Below are positions 12,714 through 23,381 of a stretch of DNA of 64,000 bases, one piece after another (positions within the stretch are counted from its first letter, which is position 1; each line of letters starts with the position of its first letter). The stretch lies in the NCBI GenBank assembly GCA_030704615.1, contig CM060732.1:68758001-68822000 (forward strand), given 5' to 3'. Position numbers and translations under genes: made by a program. The stretch comes from Takakia lepidozioides (taxonomy: Eukaryota; Plantae; Bryophyta). Below the pieces are notes generated by a model. The model had not been told where the DNA came from and ran no database searches. It was given only the letters and a program-made list of their open reading frames with translations.

Positions 12714-15700
12714 TCAATTTGGTGTCAGTCCAACAACACCTACACATACACCACACATTCAGGCTTTCTTTCATATTGGTAATGTTCAACCATTGAGTAC
12801 AAGAGTAGGGACATGCAATTGCATCTAGTGTGCAGCGCAGTACAATATACGGTATTGAACTTGTCTACAATATTGGAAAGGGTATGAACTACCATGAAGA
12901 TGGTGTTGACCAGTATTGCATGCACTGATCAGTTTAGAGTATCATGATATTTGGTGTTGATGTTGTCTGAATACAGGCATATCTTCACAAATTAATGGTC
13001 TTCATGTGACAATATAGTCAAACAAGGGTCAAACAACATGTTTCAGTGCACAAAAGATGTAGGGAGAGTCCTCACCACAAGCAAGCCTGCCTCCTGCATT
13101 GCCGGTAGAAAGGCTGAGCTCATGTCCACCTGCAACCCTCCAACAAGGACATTACTCAGTCAGTTACCTTTGTTTTGCTGGAATATAGTGAGTGGCAAAC
13201 GAGTAAGCAATCGTAATTCCCTTGTTTCATAGACCCAAATTGGCCGATTAGCAGAGCTGCCGAGATCCCCAAACCATACTTTGGCATTCACTGTTAACGT
13301 CACCTACCATGTGAATGTCATACTATCTTTACTCTACCTGGTGTAGGGCCTGGTGTCACCAAAATATAACCAAAAGCCCTATGTCCCTAGTCCGAGAGCA
13401 AACAGCAACATGCAGTAAATGTGCAAAATCACACTAGCAGTAATTTCTTGACAGTACGATTGTAGCAAATTCCCTTGCTGTGTGTTCATGTCAAGCTTTC
13501 TGTTTGATGCTATGAAGTAAGGTTCTTAATTTCTCTAAATTTTCTCACCTTTGCCAAGGTCGTCCTCAAGTTCATGGACTACAAGTGCCCTACCAACCAC
13601 GGAATCAGGACCCGACAAAGGAATCTGCACAGTATCAACATGTTATAAGATTTTCAGTATGAACACCCCCGAAAGCTAGGTTACTAGCCAAGATGTCAAG
13701 TTTTATTGTAGACCTCACGGAAGTAAATCAGGAACAGACGAGCTAGGTTTACCTCACACCAAGGATGCTACTCACAAAACACTGTACCTCGCAACTCATA
13801 AGGACGTGAGTGTATCAGGCTGTCAGTCCACACCTGGTTATCAGTGATAGTGACCTCTGCAACACCTGAGAGAGGCGAAAGAGAGAGAGAAGAGAAAGAC
13901 GGTGGCATCTGGTCAGAGCACATCCAAGTCAGATGCACAGAGATGCGTGCCAATGCAACTCACTGAATCATATCGTCACACATACACTACTGAGGCCTTT
14001 TCTGAACAAGCAAGGTGCAACAAACTATGCCAGGCGGTGATGGAAAAAGGGCTCGTGCAGTGGTAAATGTGTAATGGGGAAGGGTTATTCGAATACCATC
14101 AGGTCCAGCCAGAACGTTTCCCAGGTCTCCTGCATGTCGGACCTCATCCTCTGGGGCACCATGGGTTGCTCCATTGGGGTTAAAATGTGGGCCTGTCGAC
14201 CACACAACCATGAATCTCTGGAGTGTGAGCTCTAAGCCGATACTGTACAAAAAGGCAGCAGTGAGAGATGTGCAATATGGGACTAGCCTCCAGTCCTTAT
14301 ATCATTCATCAATGAGACTCTGAGGGTGTGTGCATGAGAGAAGAAAGAAAGAAACTTTATAATGTCCACAAAGGGCCACAAGCTGGGCTCATGGGGCAGG
14401 GTAGAACAAACATAGGCCTCAGGGCCCACAAGATATCACACCTCTGGAGCATCATTCAGTGAATTGCCGATGCAAGGTCATGTAAACACACAGAGCAGAG
14501 GTTTCATACCAGTAGAAATACAGCCATTAGTTGTGTCCCCAAACTGATGCTGCATCCCACCGATCCCAAAGTTCCCACTATCCTTCGTCATCTCATATAC
14601 ATAATCTGCAAAAATTCAATTATGTATACTAGAAGATGACATCAGCCACTAATAACGGCAACCCAATTACAACTCAATCCTGGTGCTGATGGGATTAAAC
14701 TTCCCTTTTGCAGGATGCCTATTGAAGTGGAGCACCAGACAAATCTCTATAGGACAGGTTCCCCCAGAGCAGCATTGTGAATGAATGATTCCTAGGAACA
14801 TCTTTCACTATGCTACGATGCTTAAGCCTGCTGTCCAAAGAGTGTCGTCTACATCCCCAGGAACACACAGCATATGTAGATAGCCTTAATGCAATACTAG
14901 TACCTGAATTCAAAGCCTCTAGAGTGCATGTTCCTAAAACTGATAATAGCGAAGGAATGTGTGACTAAAAAGCTACAGCATAGACTATGAATGCTGTAGG
15001 TCTGGCGTTTCAAGCAAAATAACACCAAGACCAGTTACCAAGTGGAAACCGTGCTGGCCTGGAGCAAGGCCGGTGATCTTCACCTTCACAGTCGTAGGAC
15101 CTGCTCATAATCCACCATTCTGAATTTATGTTAGGAATGATGGTCTTCCCATAAGGTAGACGTACCACGAGGATTCCCTAACGGCAGCATTGTAGCCATA
15201 GACCGCATCCCAACTTGGGGGCAGAAAAAGGGCAAAGAGGGGCGGCAACTATCATGTCTAGTCTAGAAATTTATGCATCAAAACGAATGTCGAACAAACA
15301 GCTCAAAGTGTAAGTCATCATCTCCAGTACTTCTCTCGTACATGAAAGTGAAAATGGAGATTAACCCACATCTGACGGACTCACGTCGACCCTAATCCTC
15401 AGAGAAATGTATGTCTAATTCCTTTTTACGATAGTTGCCTCTGAGCGCTACTGGAAGGGTGTGAAGAGGAGTACCATCATCTTCCTGCACAAGATTGACG
15501 ACGCCTTCGACGGAAGATTTTCCCTTGAGAACAGCGACAGCCTTCTTAGTGGCTGCAACAATGCTTAGCGGGCGACTAGTGGTGACAGCCAGAAAGGGAG
15601 CATTGGCCACGCGAACAGAAACGCCGGCGAAGCTGGACTGCAAAGAACCAGAAGCAGCTGGAGGGACGACCACTGGAGACACAGTGGACACAGTGAGCAC

Positions 15701-15733
15701 ATGAAGGGCCATAGCCGCTATCAAAGCCTGCAT
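12714..15733 (-). CDS. CSD2: Chloroplast Cu/Zn superoxide dismutase
   Basis: 8 exons: 15733-15475 (transit peptide + [11 protein letters not shown]), 15100-15039 (PGQHGFHL), 14549-14510 ([14 protein letters not shown]), 14192-14097 (PHFNP...RHAGDLGN), 13865-13834, 13624-13549 ([17 protein letters not shown]), 13129-13076 ([17 protein letters not shown]), 12739-12714 (GVVGLTPN*). Metal-binding His/Asp and disulfide Cys motifs are present. Confidence 0.97.
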
Positions 15734-15861
15734 TACAAGACGTCCGCTTCTCCCCTCGGATGTGTGTGAGTTTTGGTTTGAGAGCGAGGGAGGAGAGAAG
15801 CACGAGGAACTATTTTGTATGTATCGACTTCCCAGCTAACGTAAAATATATATTGCATATC

Positions 15862-16000
15862 TTATCAGGACTCGGCTGGTATTGGCTTTTGTAATACTAT
15901 GGTTAGTAACCGACCCGGCTGGTATTGGCCATTCCAATACTATGGTTGATAACCGTACCGGCTGGTATTGCCAAGACAATACCCGGACCCGGACCCGTAT
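15862..16000. repeat. CCGGCTGGTATT/AATACC-rich repeat (hAT-like subterminal repeat remnant) in CSD2 upstream region
   Basis: Repeated GGCTGGTATTG and AATACTATGG motifs, similar to 17760-17972. Confidence 0.5.
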
Positions 16001-16049
16001 TATGGGCAAAAACAATGACTAATAATGATACCATGGCATGAATAGGAAA

Positions 16050-16950
16050 TTGGGCGGGTGCACATGAAGTCATGGGTCAGGGTAAGAGGGCTTTGGATTT
16101 TTGGGCTTTTGCAATAGTTGAGTAGGATTGCCATGGATCCAAAGTGCAGTGATTCCCAAGAGTTGTAGAAGCTTTGAACCATCAGCCAAATGGTTGCTGG
16201 AGCCAGACAGCAGAGAAGGCAATGTTCCAAGGTTTCTATTGTCTGGTTTGTGCAGCAGTGACACAGGAGCGCATCATTGAAATTCAGAAACTGGCCCACC
16301 TTGAAAACCCTGTTTGCCACTTGCCATAAGAAAGCACTAATTTTAGCTGGCTCTGTCTTTTCCCAGATCACCGCCCAGATCCCCTTCCAGTTTTCCTGAT
16401 TGAAATTTTCATGAGCCCAAATTTTGCCTTCCCATTTTGAGATGAGAGGGCTTGCCCTAAGCATAGCTCTGTCGCCTTTCTTGGCTGTGTATGAGAATAG
16501 GGGGTGGAGCTCGTCCTGAAATGCCCACTTCCATTTGGATGGGTCTAGTTGCAATGCAGTAACCCCAGAATTCCCAAACAAGACGAATGATCCCTTGCTG
16601 AGCCATGTAAGGGTGTTTGTCCCTCTGGGTGCCGAGGGATTGAAGGCTTTGTCCGGGGAGGTCCAGTGGCAGATGCAAACCGGGGTGGTATTGGCTATAC
16701 GGAGACAGGGTCCTGGCTGGAGAGACATAGACAGCCTGATAGCTCATCTGTTGTGAAGCAGAAACCTTTGAACCAAAGATGAGAGACCTCGGAAAACGTA
16801 GATGACCTGCAGAGATGGAGGGTTGTGCATAACCCATTGGTCAGGATGAAGATCACCCGGCCCTGCTCTGAGAATTAGTTTCCAGGTATTTGGGATGGAG
16901 AGAATGATTTGAGCTATCCCAGATCTAAGGTGGGTAGTCCCCGGAGCTTG
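16050..16950 (-). mobile_element. L1-type LINE ORF2 C-terminal fragment (zf-RVT)
   Basis: ORF 16000-16728: WKGIWAVIW...PAKISAFLWQVANR...CHCCTNQTIETLEHCLLCC, the zf-RVT pattern of plant L1 elements. Confidence 0.8.
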
Positions 16951-17099
16951 CTGCAGCTATTGGGGATTACATAATAAAAAAGAATGCTTCTCATTGTTGA
17001 ATAATTGGGAGTTTAAGGCTCATGTGTGCGCCGGGCAGCGGGCACCATGCACGACGAAAAGAATAGGGGCGGGCCCGCCCTACATCTACTAAGAAATGA

Positions 17100-17620
17100 A
17101 TAATATTGGCTGGACATGCCCCTCACATCTGCATTATTTTTAGCCCAGGACAAGCAGTTTTGGCTTAGTCAGGCTCCTTATTTTTAGATAGCCTGTTCTT
17201 CTTTGCATGTTGGTTGTTTAGGCAAAGGATTGTCTTAGCCCAGGAGGCTCAAATCTGACTTTCGTCAGGCACTATCTTCTTAGACTTCCTGATGGCAGAA
17301 CATTACAGTCTTCGTCGTCTATTAATGGCTACAAGAGAGCCCATGGGTACAATTACCCTCCCAAGGGCTTACAAAAGGCCCAGTTCATTTAGGCAGCAAG
17401 CCGGTTAAAGCCCTTGATCTTCTTACGGTAAATCCAGGAAGTATCTATGGTGACGGATCTCAGATATCATACATGGCTCCTATGCGACAAGCCTTATGGC
17501 TGCCTGAGGGCAATCAAGGGTTTTAATTTTTTTCCCTGTAATAATTCCGCAATAAAGTTCCCAACCAGGGCCACGATCCCTGTTCTTCAAAACAATAAAA
17601 ATAAAATAAATAAAATAAAA
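17100..17620 (+). mobile_element. Possible L1-type LINE 3' end with A-rich tail
   Basis: AATAAA at ~17551 followed by an (AAAAT)n/A-rich tail at 17588-17620. Coding similarity is weak. Confidence 0.35.
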
Positions 17621-17980
17621 TGCAAAGTCTGAATTTTGCAACATAATAATTAATTTAAAAAATAATAATTTCTTGGTGAAATCAAGTGAAACTATTCTAA
17701 ATTCAATTAAAGACATATTAATTATGTAATGGTTATTTTAATTATAATTATAATTATCTATATCCGGGTTGATAACTGGCTGGCATTAGATTGCCAGTGG
17801 AATACCCACCCTATTGATACCTATCTGCAAATAAAAAATCATACTAGTATTGAGAACCGGCGGGTATGAAAATTAAAGAATCTTCCAATACTATGGAACG
17901 GCTGGTATTGAAAATTTTCTTCAATACCCGGACCCGGCTGGTATTAGAAAAAGTTATACCCGCCCAATGCTGGTTATTTC

Positions 17981-18486
17981 CAGTGTTGGACTGGTATCAA
18001 GTTTTTTACATACACTGGTCTTGGTACCAGGCATATCACAAAACTTTCATACCAGTTTGGTCTCTATAATGGTGGATGTATTTTTTTCCAGATACTGGTA
18101 TGAATATGAGTATCATGACCACAATACCAGCTGGTATGAGATATCAACTCTGGTATCATTCCAAAGCCATCTTGAGTTACAAATTTATCAAGTGGCAAGT
18201 ATCAAGTGAAAACAAATAAAATATACATAAGAAGTAAATATACATAAGTACAAATATATAGGCATATGTACACATAAATTAATTCACTATACATACCAGA
18301 GTAAATGAGGAAAACGATGGGGGAGTACGGGTATTGTGGCTGGTATGAAAGAACTGATACCAGCCTGGTCTAATAGTATCTGACCAAGTATTCTCCCAAA
18401 TGATACCAGACTGGTCTGGTAGCTAATACCAGTGCATATACCAGTATTATGTACCAGTCCTTCACCTATATACCAGTCCAACACTG
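17981..18486. mobile_element. hAT-type MITE (506 bp)
   Basis: Perfect 17-bp TIR CAGTGTTGGACTGGTAT / ATACCAGTCCAACACTG. 8-bp TSD GTTATTTC at 17973-17980 and 18487-18494. Internal CTGGTAT/ATACCAG repeats. Confidence 0.88.
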
Positions 18487-18637
18487 GTTATTTCTCAAAT
18501 TTGAAAAAAATAACAATGATCTGTGGACAATTTTCTTTCTCTTTTTCTAAGAAAAGAAAAATATGTGGACACTACTACAATGCACGGCAGCCGCTATGTT
18601 TATCAGTATCTTGTTTAAGGCCTTGGCCTTGAGTCAC

Positions 18638-18647
18638 TATATAAAAG
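18638..18647 (+). promoter_or_regulatory. Putative TATA box of the Pro/Gly-rich gene
   Basis: TATATAAAAG ~125 bp upstream of ATG 18764. Confidence 0.5.
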
Positions 18648-18763
18648 AAGTCTTGGAGTGGCTTACCAACAACTTGTGTGTGCGTGTGCATGTGTGTGAG
18701 GTTGCTATAGATTTGGGAAGGGAGAAAGAGGTCTAGGTCCAGCTAAAGGATTGATTGCTTGCA

Positions 18764-19804
18764 ATGAAGAGTGTGCAACGGCTTCGTATGGTGCCTTCCC
18801 TCTTGTTTGTGTTTTTCTTAGTAGGGAGTGTGCAAGCTGATTGTTGTAGAGCTGGTATTGGTATTGTTGATAGTAAAGCTTGTCCTTGCGATTTGAAGAG
18901 TGGAAGTGTAGGGGTTGGGAACAAACATGATTCAGGGAGTGTGGTGGTGGGTGGCACTAATAGTAAAGCTCGTTCTTTCGATTCGGAGAGTGAAAGTGAA
19001 CATGTTGGGAACAAGCATGATTCAGAGGGTGTAGTGCTAGGTGATTTGGACCTCAACAACAAACCTAGTGATCCTAGTCCTTTGAGTAGTTTTGGGCCTT
19101 TTGTTGGTCATGATCTTGGAGCCCTAGGAAGTCTTCTAGGCCCCGATGGTCATGGTTCTCATGGTAGGCCCGGTGCGCCTCTTCCTCCTCTAGAAGCTAT
19201 GTACAGTAATCTGAAGTACTTCGATGCTAAACATCCATTACATCCTCCTCCGTTGGGAAGTTTTGGACCTTTCGGAGGTGATCCCGATTTGTTTCCCGGC
19301 GGCAGCGGTCCAGTTTTGTTTCCCGGCAGAGGCGGTCTAGGATTTTACAGTGGGCCTCCACCTCCTCCAGCTATGGCATGGGCAAGTGGGTATGGTAATC
19401 CGAAGTACTTCGATGTTGAACATCCATTCCATCCTCCTATGTTTGGAAGTTTTGGACATTTCGGAGGTGATCCCGGTTTGTTTCCCAACGGCGGCGGTCC
19501 AGGTTTGTATCCCGGTGGGCCTCCTCCTCCTCCTCCAGAAGCTGTGGCATGGGCAAATGGGTATCGTAATCTGAAGTACTTCAATGCTAAACATCGATTC
19601 CATCCTCCTCCGTTTGAAAGTTTTGGACCTTTCGGACCCGGTGTAGGAGGTAGTCCCGTTTTGTTTCCCAGCAATGGCGGTCCAAGATTTCCCGGCGTGC
19701 CTCCTCCACCAGCTAGATTTCCCGGCGTGCCTCCTCCACCAGCTGTGACATGTGCAAGTACTGGTTATGGTAATGAGGTTTATTGCGAGACTAAATATCC
19801 ATAG
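18764..19804 (+). CDS. Secreted Pro/Gly-rich repetitive protein of unknown function
   Basis: Intronless ORF. Hydrophobic signal peptide (MVPSLLFVFFLVGSVQA-D). Two N-terminal repeats (SKA...VGNKHDS.VV.G) and three ~55-60-aa repeats (Y.N.KYF..KHP.HPPP.GSFGPFGG.P.LFP..GGP...PPPPP). Upstream TATA box. Confidence 0.75.
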   Translation: MKSVQRLRMVPSLLFVFFLVGSVQADCCRAGIGIVDSKACPCDLKSGSVGVGNKHDSGSVVVGGTNSKARSFDSESESEHVGNKHDSEGVVLGDLDLNNKPSDPSPLSSFGPFVGHDLGALGSLLGPDGHGSHGRPGAPLPPLEAMYSNLKYFDAKHPLHPPPLGSFGPFGGDPDLFPGGSGPVLFPGRGGLGFYSGPPPPPAMAWASGYGNPKYFDVEHPFHPPMFGSFGHFGGDPGLFPNGGGPGLYPGGPPPPPPEAVAWANGYRNLKYFNAKHRFHPPPFESFGPFGPGVGGSPVLFPSNGGPRFPGVPPPPARFPGVPPPPAVTCASTGYGNEVYCETKYP

Positions 19805-20719
19805 TACCATTCTCCTCAATTAGAAACTATGGCATGGGCAAGTGGTCATGGTTATCCATGATTTCCAGTAGAAGGACTAGGATGGATTGCATATCAGACC
19901 CTTCAAGGCTGCAAGATTGCCTAGTCACATAAGTGTAACTAGCAGAAACATTGGAAGTTTTTTTCTATCTTGGATTTGAATAATGGACTGAGTTTTCTTT
20001 CCCCTCAGCCACTGTTGTATGATTGTTGACAATGGTCATTGGTCTAGATCACTTGTTTAACTAAACTTCTACTTAAGAGTGGATAGTATTCAGACCAGTG
20101 CAGAGGATGAAGCATGATTGAATAGTGAGTCCGCCCACAAAGTTATTTTGCATAGAAGGCCCTAAGTCAGTAGCTTGACTCTGGCAGGAAGGCAGGGCCA
20201 CCATCTCCCTGGATCTTTATCTTCACCCTTTTTCAACACCTTGTCCAGTAACCTGTGCAGCGGAGGATGGGCCCATCCTACTTTTCCACAGAAATGTATG
20301 GCATGTTTGACAAGCAAGACCTACTTGCTTGACTCCCACTGCCAACAATGAAGCCTATCACCTTGAGAGTCCGCATCCATGTCACTATGACTGAACCCTG
20401 TTTTCAGATCTACTGCAACAGTTTCACAGATGAGAGTAAGAAGTAGCAGTGAGGAAAAAATTGCATCTCTGATACTAATCTAGGTCTGGCGTTTTCATCA
20501 TCTCTGTTTGAATTAAGGTTGAGAGCATTCGGGTACTTGGTTGGTGTTACGGCCACAATTTCTCCTGCAGGCAACAGTCTTCACAGACACAGCAAAAAGA
20601 TGGTGCCACACTAGAGAAGAACAACCCAATAATTCATCTGATTGGCCCACTGCTAGGTCAGACAAAAGATTGTTGAAAACCAGCTCTTAGTCATGCATGC
20701 ATTCTCAATTCTACACACA

Positions 20720-21168
20720 CGATCCACTGCAAACCAAACAAATATCACCGTGATGGTTGTGAGCTCTCATTTACTGTGATATACACATGGGTCTGCTGCA
20801 CTTGGCTGTAGATCATGTTTCTTGAGAAACTCATCGAACCTAGTGTTCCATGCTCTGGAAGCTTGCTTCAAGCCATAGATGCTTTTCTTAAGAACACACA
20901 CTTCCTCCTCACGTCCCTTTTCGATGTATCCTTCCGGCTGGTCCATAAAAATCTCCTCCTGAAGATCTCCGTTCAGAAACGCTGTCTTGATATCGAACTG
21001 GGCCATCCCCATGTCCACTGCTGCTGCTATTGCAAGGATTGTACGTATAGAGTCATATTTGACCACAGGTGCGAAAGTTTCAGCATAGTCAATGCCTGCT
21101 TGCTGGGAGTAGCCTTTGGCGACCAGCCGTGCCTTGTATCGCTCAATCTCTCCATTCGACTTTATTTT
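20720..21168 (-). mobile_element. Ty1/copia reverse transcriptase fragment
   Basis: ERYKARLVAKGYSQQAGIDYAETFAPVVK..., MAQFDIKTAFLNGDLQEEIFMDQPEG, LKKSIYGLKQASRAW, ADPCVY. Confidence 0.93.
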
Positions 21169-21169
21169 C

Positions 21170-21408
21170 GATGTAACTTAACATCTGCACAAGCATCAGT
21201 CAAAAGACATTCAGCTGGCTTTCTAAGAACCTCTTTCCCCTTAGCAGTTCCGACGTAACTTAGACGTCTGCACAACCATCAGTCAGAGACATTCCAGCTG
21301 GCTATCTAAGAACCTTTCCCCTTAGCAGTCCCAATGAAACTTGACATCTGCACAATCATCAGTCAAAGACATTCAGCTGGCTTTCTAAGAACCTCTTTCC
21401 CCTCAGCT
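21170..21408. repeat. ~83-bp tandem repeat x3
   Basis: Unit ...AACTTRACATCTGCACAANCATCAGTCAAAGACATTCAGCTGGCTTTCTAAGAACCTCTTTCCCCTTAGC... repeated three times. Confidence 0.9.
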
Positions 21409-22479
21409 ATATCTGTTCCTGACAATATGTCTGACTCTTGCAGCCGCGAGAAATTAAGACTGAAAAAGAAAACAGAAGGAACTATGGCCTAAGCAAACTG
21501 TATATTGCAGCAATGACACAGCCAGAAATGTCCCATTATGAAGTAACATCTAAACTTCATCATGTTCAAGCTGATGACATCATTGAGATGTCATCCCTAT
21601 GTTCCCGCTATATAGAAGCTCATCCCACATCCTCTACTATTTCAATAACCCATATCAGCAATAGAGCCCACAGAAGAACAAATAATCTGACCATCACATG
21701 CCTGTCCTCTAAATGCCTAAGGGAAAGAAAAGAAACAAGAGACGAGACTTCGCATGCTAGAACAACTGCGCAGTTGTCATTGTGATCTAAGCCTCATCAC
21801 TTCAAAGATCTTTCCTAGCATACCTATAAAAGGCTAAAGAGAAGCTGCAAGTAGCATCTCTACTTTTAGGGAATCCCAACCACTTACAAGTAGGCCTTCC
21901 ATATAGTCAGGGTGTTGCTGAGTAGGTACCATGTGGGTTGCCAGAATCATCTTTGTATGCTCCTAGACTTGTCGCAGGTAGCCACATGGCTTTTGTTTCA
22001 TGATTCAATGTCTGAATTAGCCTTGTAGTCTACCCAATATGATAGAAAAACAGTAACTCTTTCACTGAAACGTTTTTGGACGCATTTCTAAGTGAGCGAG
22101 CTCAATAAGTTAAGGAACTTATCTTTCCATACGAGTAGGTGTCAACCAAAGAAAATGGTTAGGTGTTGTGGCATTCAGGCCACAACCACATGACAGTGAA
22201 CTAAACTGTTATGTGATAGCGACAAGCATTGATCATCACCATGATACAGGGATATTGATGAAACAGGGACGGAAGTAAACCAACACTATCTTTGTCTTGA
22301 TGATGCAAAAGAATATTTCAAGAGTTGCAACCGGTACTTGAGATCAAGTCGAAGTCGACTGTATCTTTTGAAGATTATGGAACTGTAGTAAGTTGTTCTC
22401 AAGAACGATTCTCAGAAAATTTCTCGCCTTTGGTCTAGGTGGGAGTTTCCCAGGACCTGAGAAAAGCAATGTGACATGG

Positions 22480-23300
22480 ATATCTGTGGATCCATGTAGA
22501 CAAGGAACAATGACGGATCGGAGACACATGTCGAAAAGCACAGTGATGTGTGTGAAGGAATTTACTTTTGCGTCCCATGTGCTGGCTGCAGAACAGATGT
22601 ATGATGGCAGCCTATAAGTTACAGCACCCAACGCCCCCACATACCCCAGCATCTGGTCCGAATGGATTCTGTTAATGAAGTCCTCGGCCTCAACCATCCG
22701 TCAGGCATGGCACAGCAAGTCCACCATGCAGCCAAAATTGTAAGACCATGGTCTTGCCTCATGTCATCAAAGTAGGGACAATCTACTAGGCCCACATGGC
22801 TACATGCAGAGCGAAGAGACATAAAGTGACATCATTTGGGTTCAAGCGTTCCTGTTGCATTTGTTCAAATACTTGCAGGGCCTCCCGCCACATTCATGCT
22901 GGACATACTGTTACATACTTGACAGCATTGTTCATGCTCCTGCATCTGGCATATATGCATGATCATGACTCGAGGAATCAAGGTAATGACTAATGACAGC
23001 CTCCATCCACTACATCCACGTGGCTGAGTGCAGAGAGAAAAGACGTCTGAGTGTCCCTGTTCAGATCCAGCCTTCCTGTTGCATCAGTTCAAGTGGTTGC
23101 AGGGCCTCTCTACCAAACCCATGCTGAGAATATCATGTCATCTGTGTGTGCCATGCGTTGACATTTTCGTTCAGCCATATTGTTGAACACTTACTTACTG
23201 CTCATCTGTCATGCTCCCATATTTCGCATACCATGACAAGGATGTTCGCCAATTTTTTCTGATTCATACTTGATCACAGGGTAGTTCACAGGAAGTCTGC
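22480..23300 (-). pseudogene. Degraded PLS-class PPR pseudogene
   Basis: Frameshifted remnants homologous to the adjacent PPR: YAKYGSMTD..VFNNMAER, SACSHVGLVD..YFDDMRQDHGLT, AEDFINRI, GALGA. Confidence 0.85.
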
Positions 23301-23381
23301 AATGCCTCACCCACCTGTTTGAAGTGGTGAATGCAAGCACAACCTTGGCATGCACAATCTTGGTGAGTGCATGTTGCTTGC

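Noticed and set aside
19337-19819. Antisense ORFs over the Pro/Gly-rich gene
   Set aside because: Shadow frames of repetitive coding sequence.
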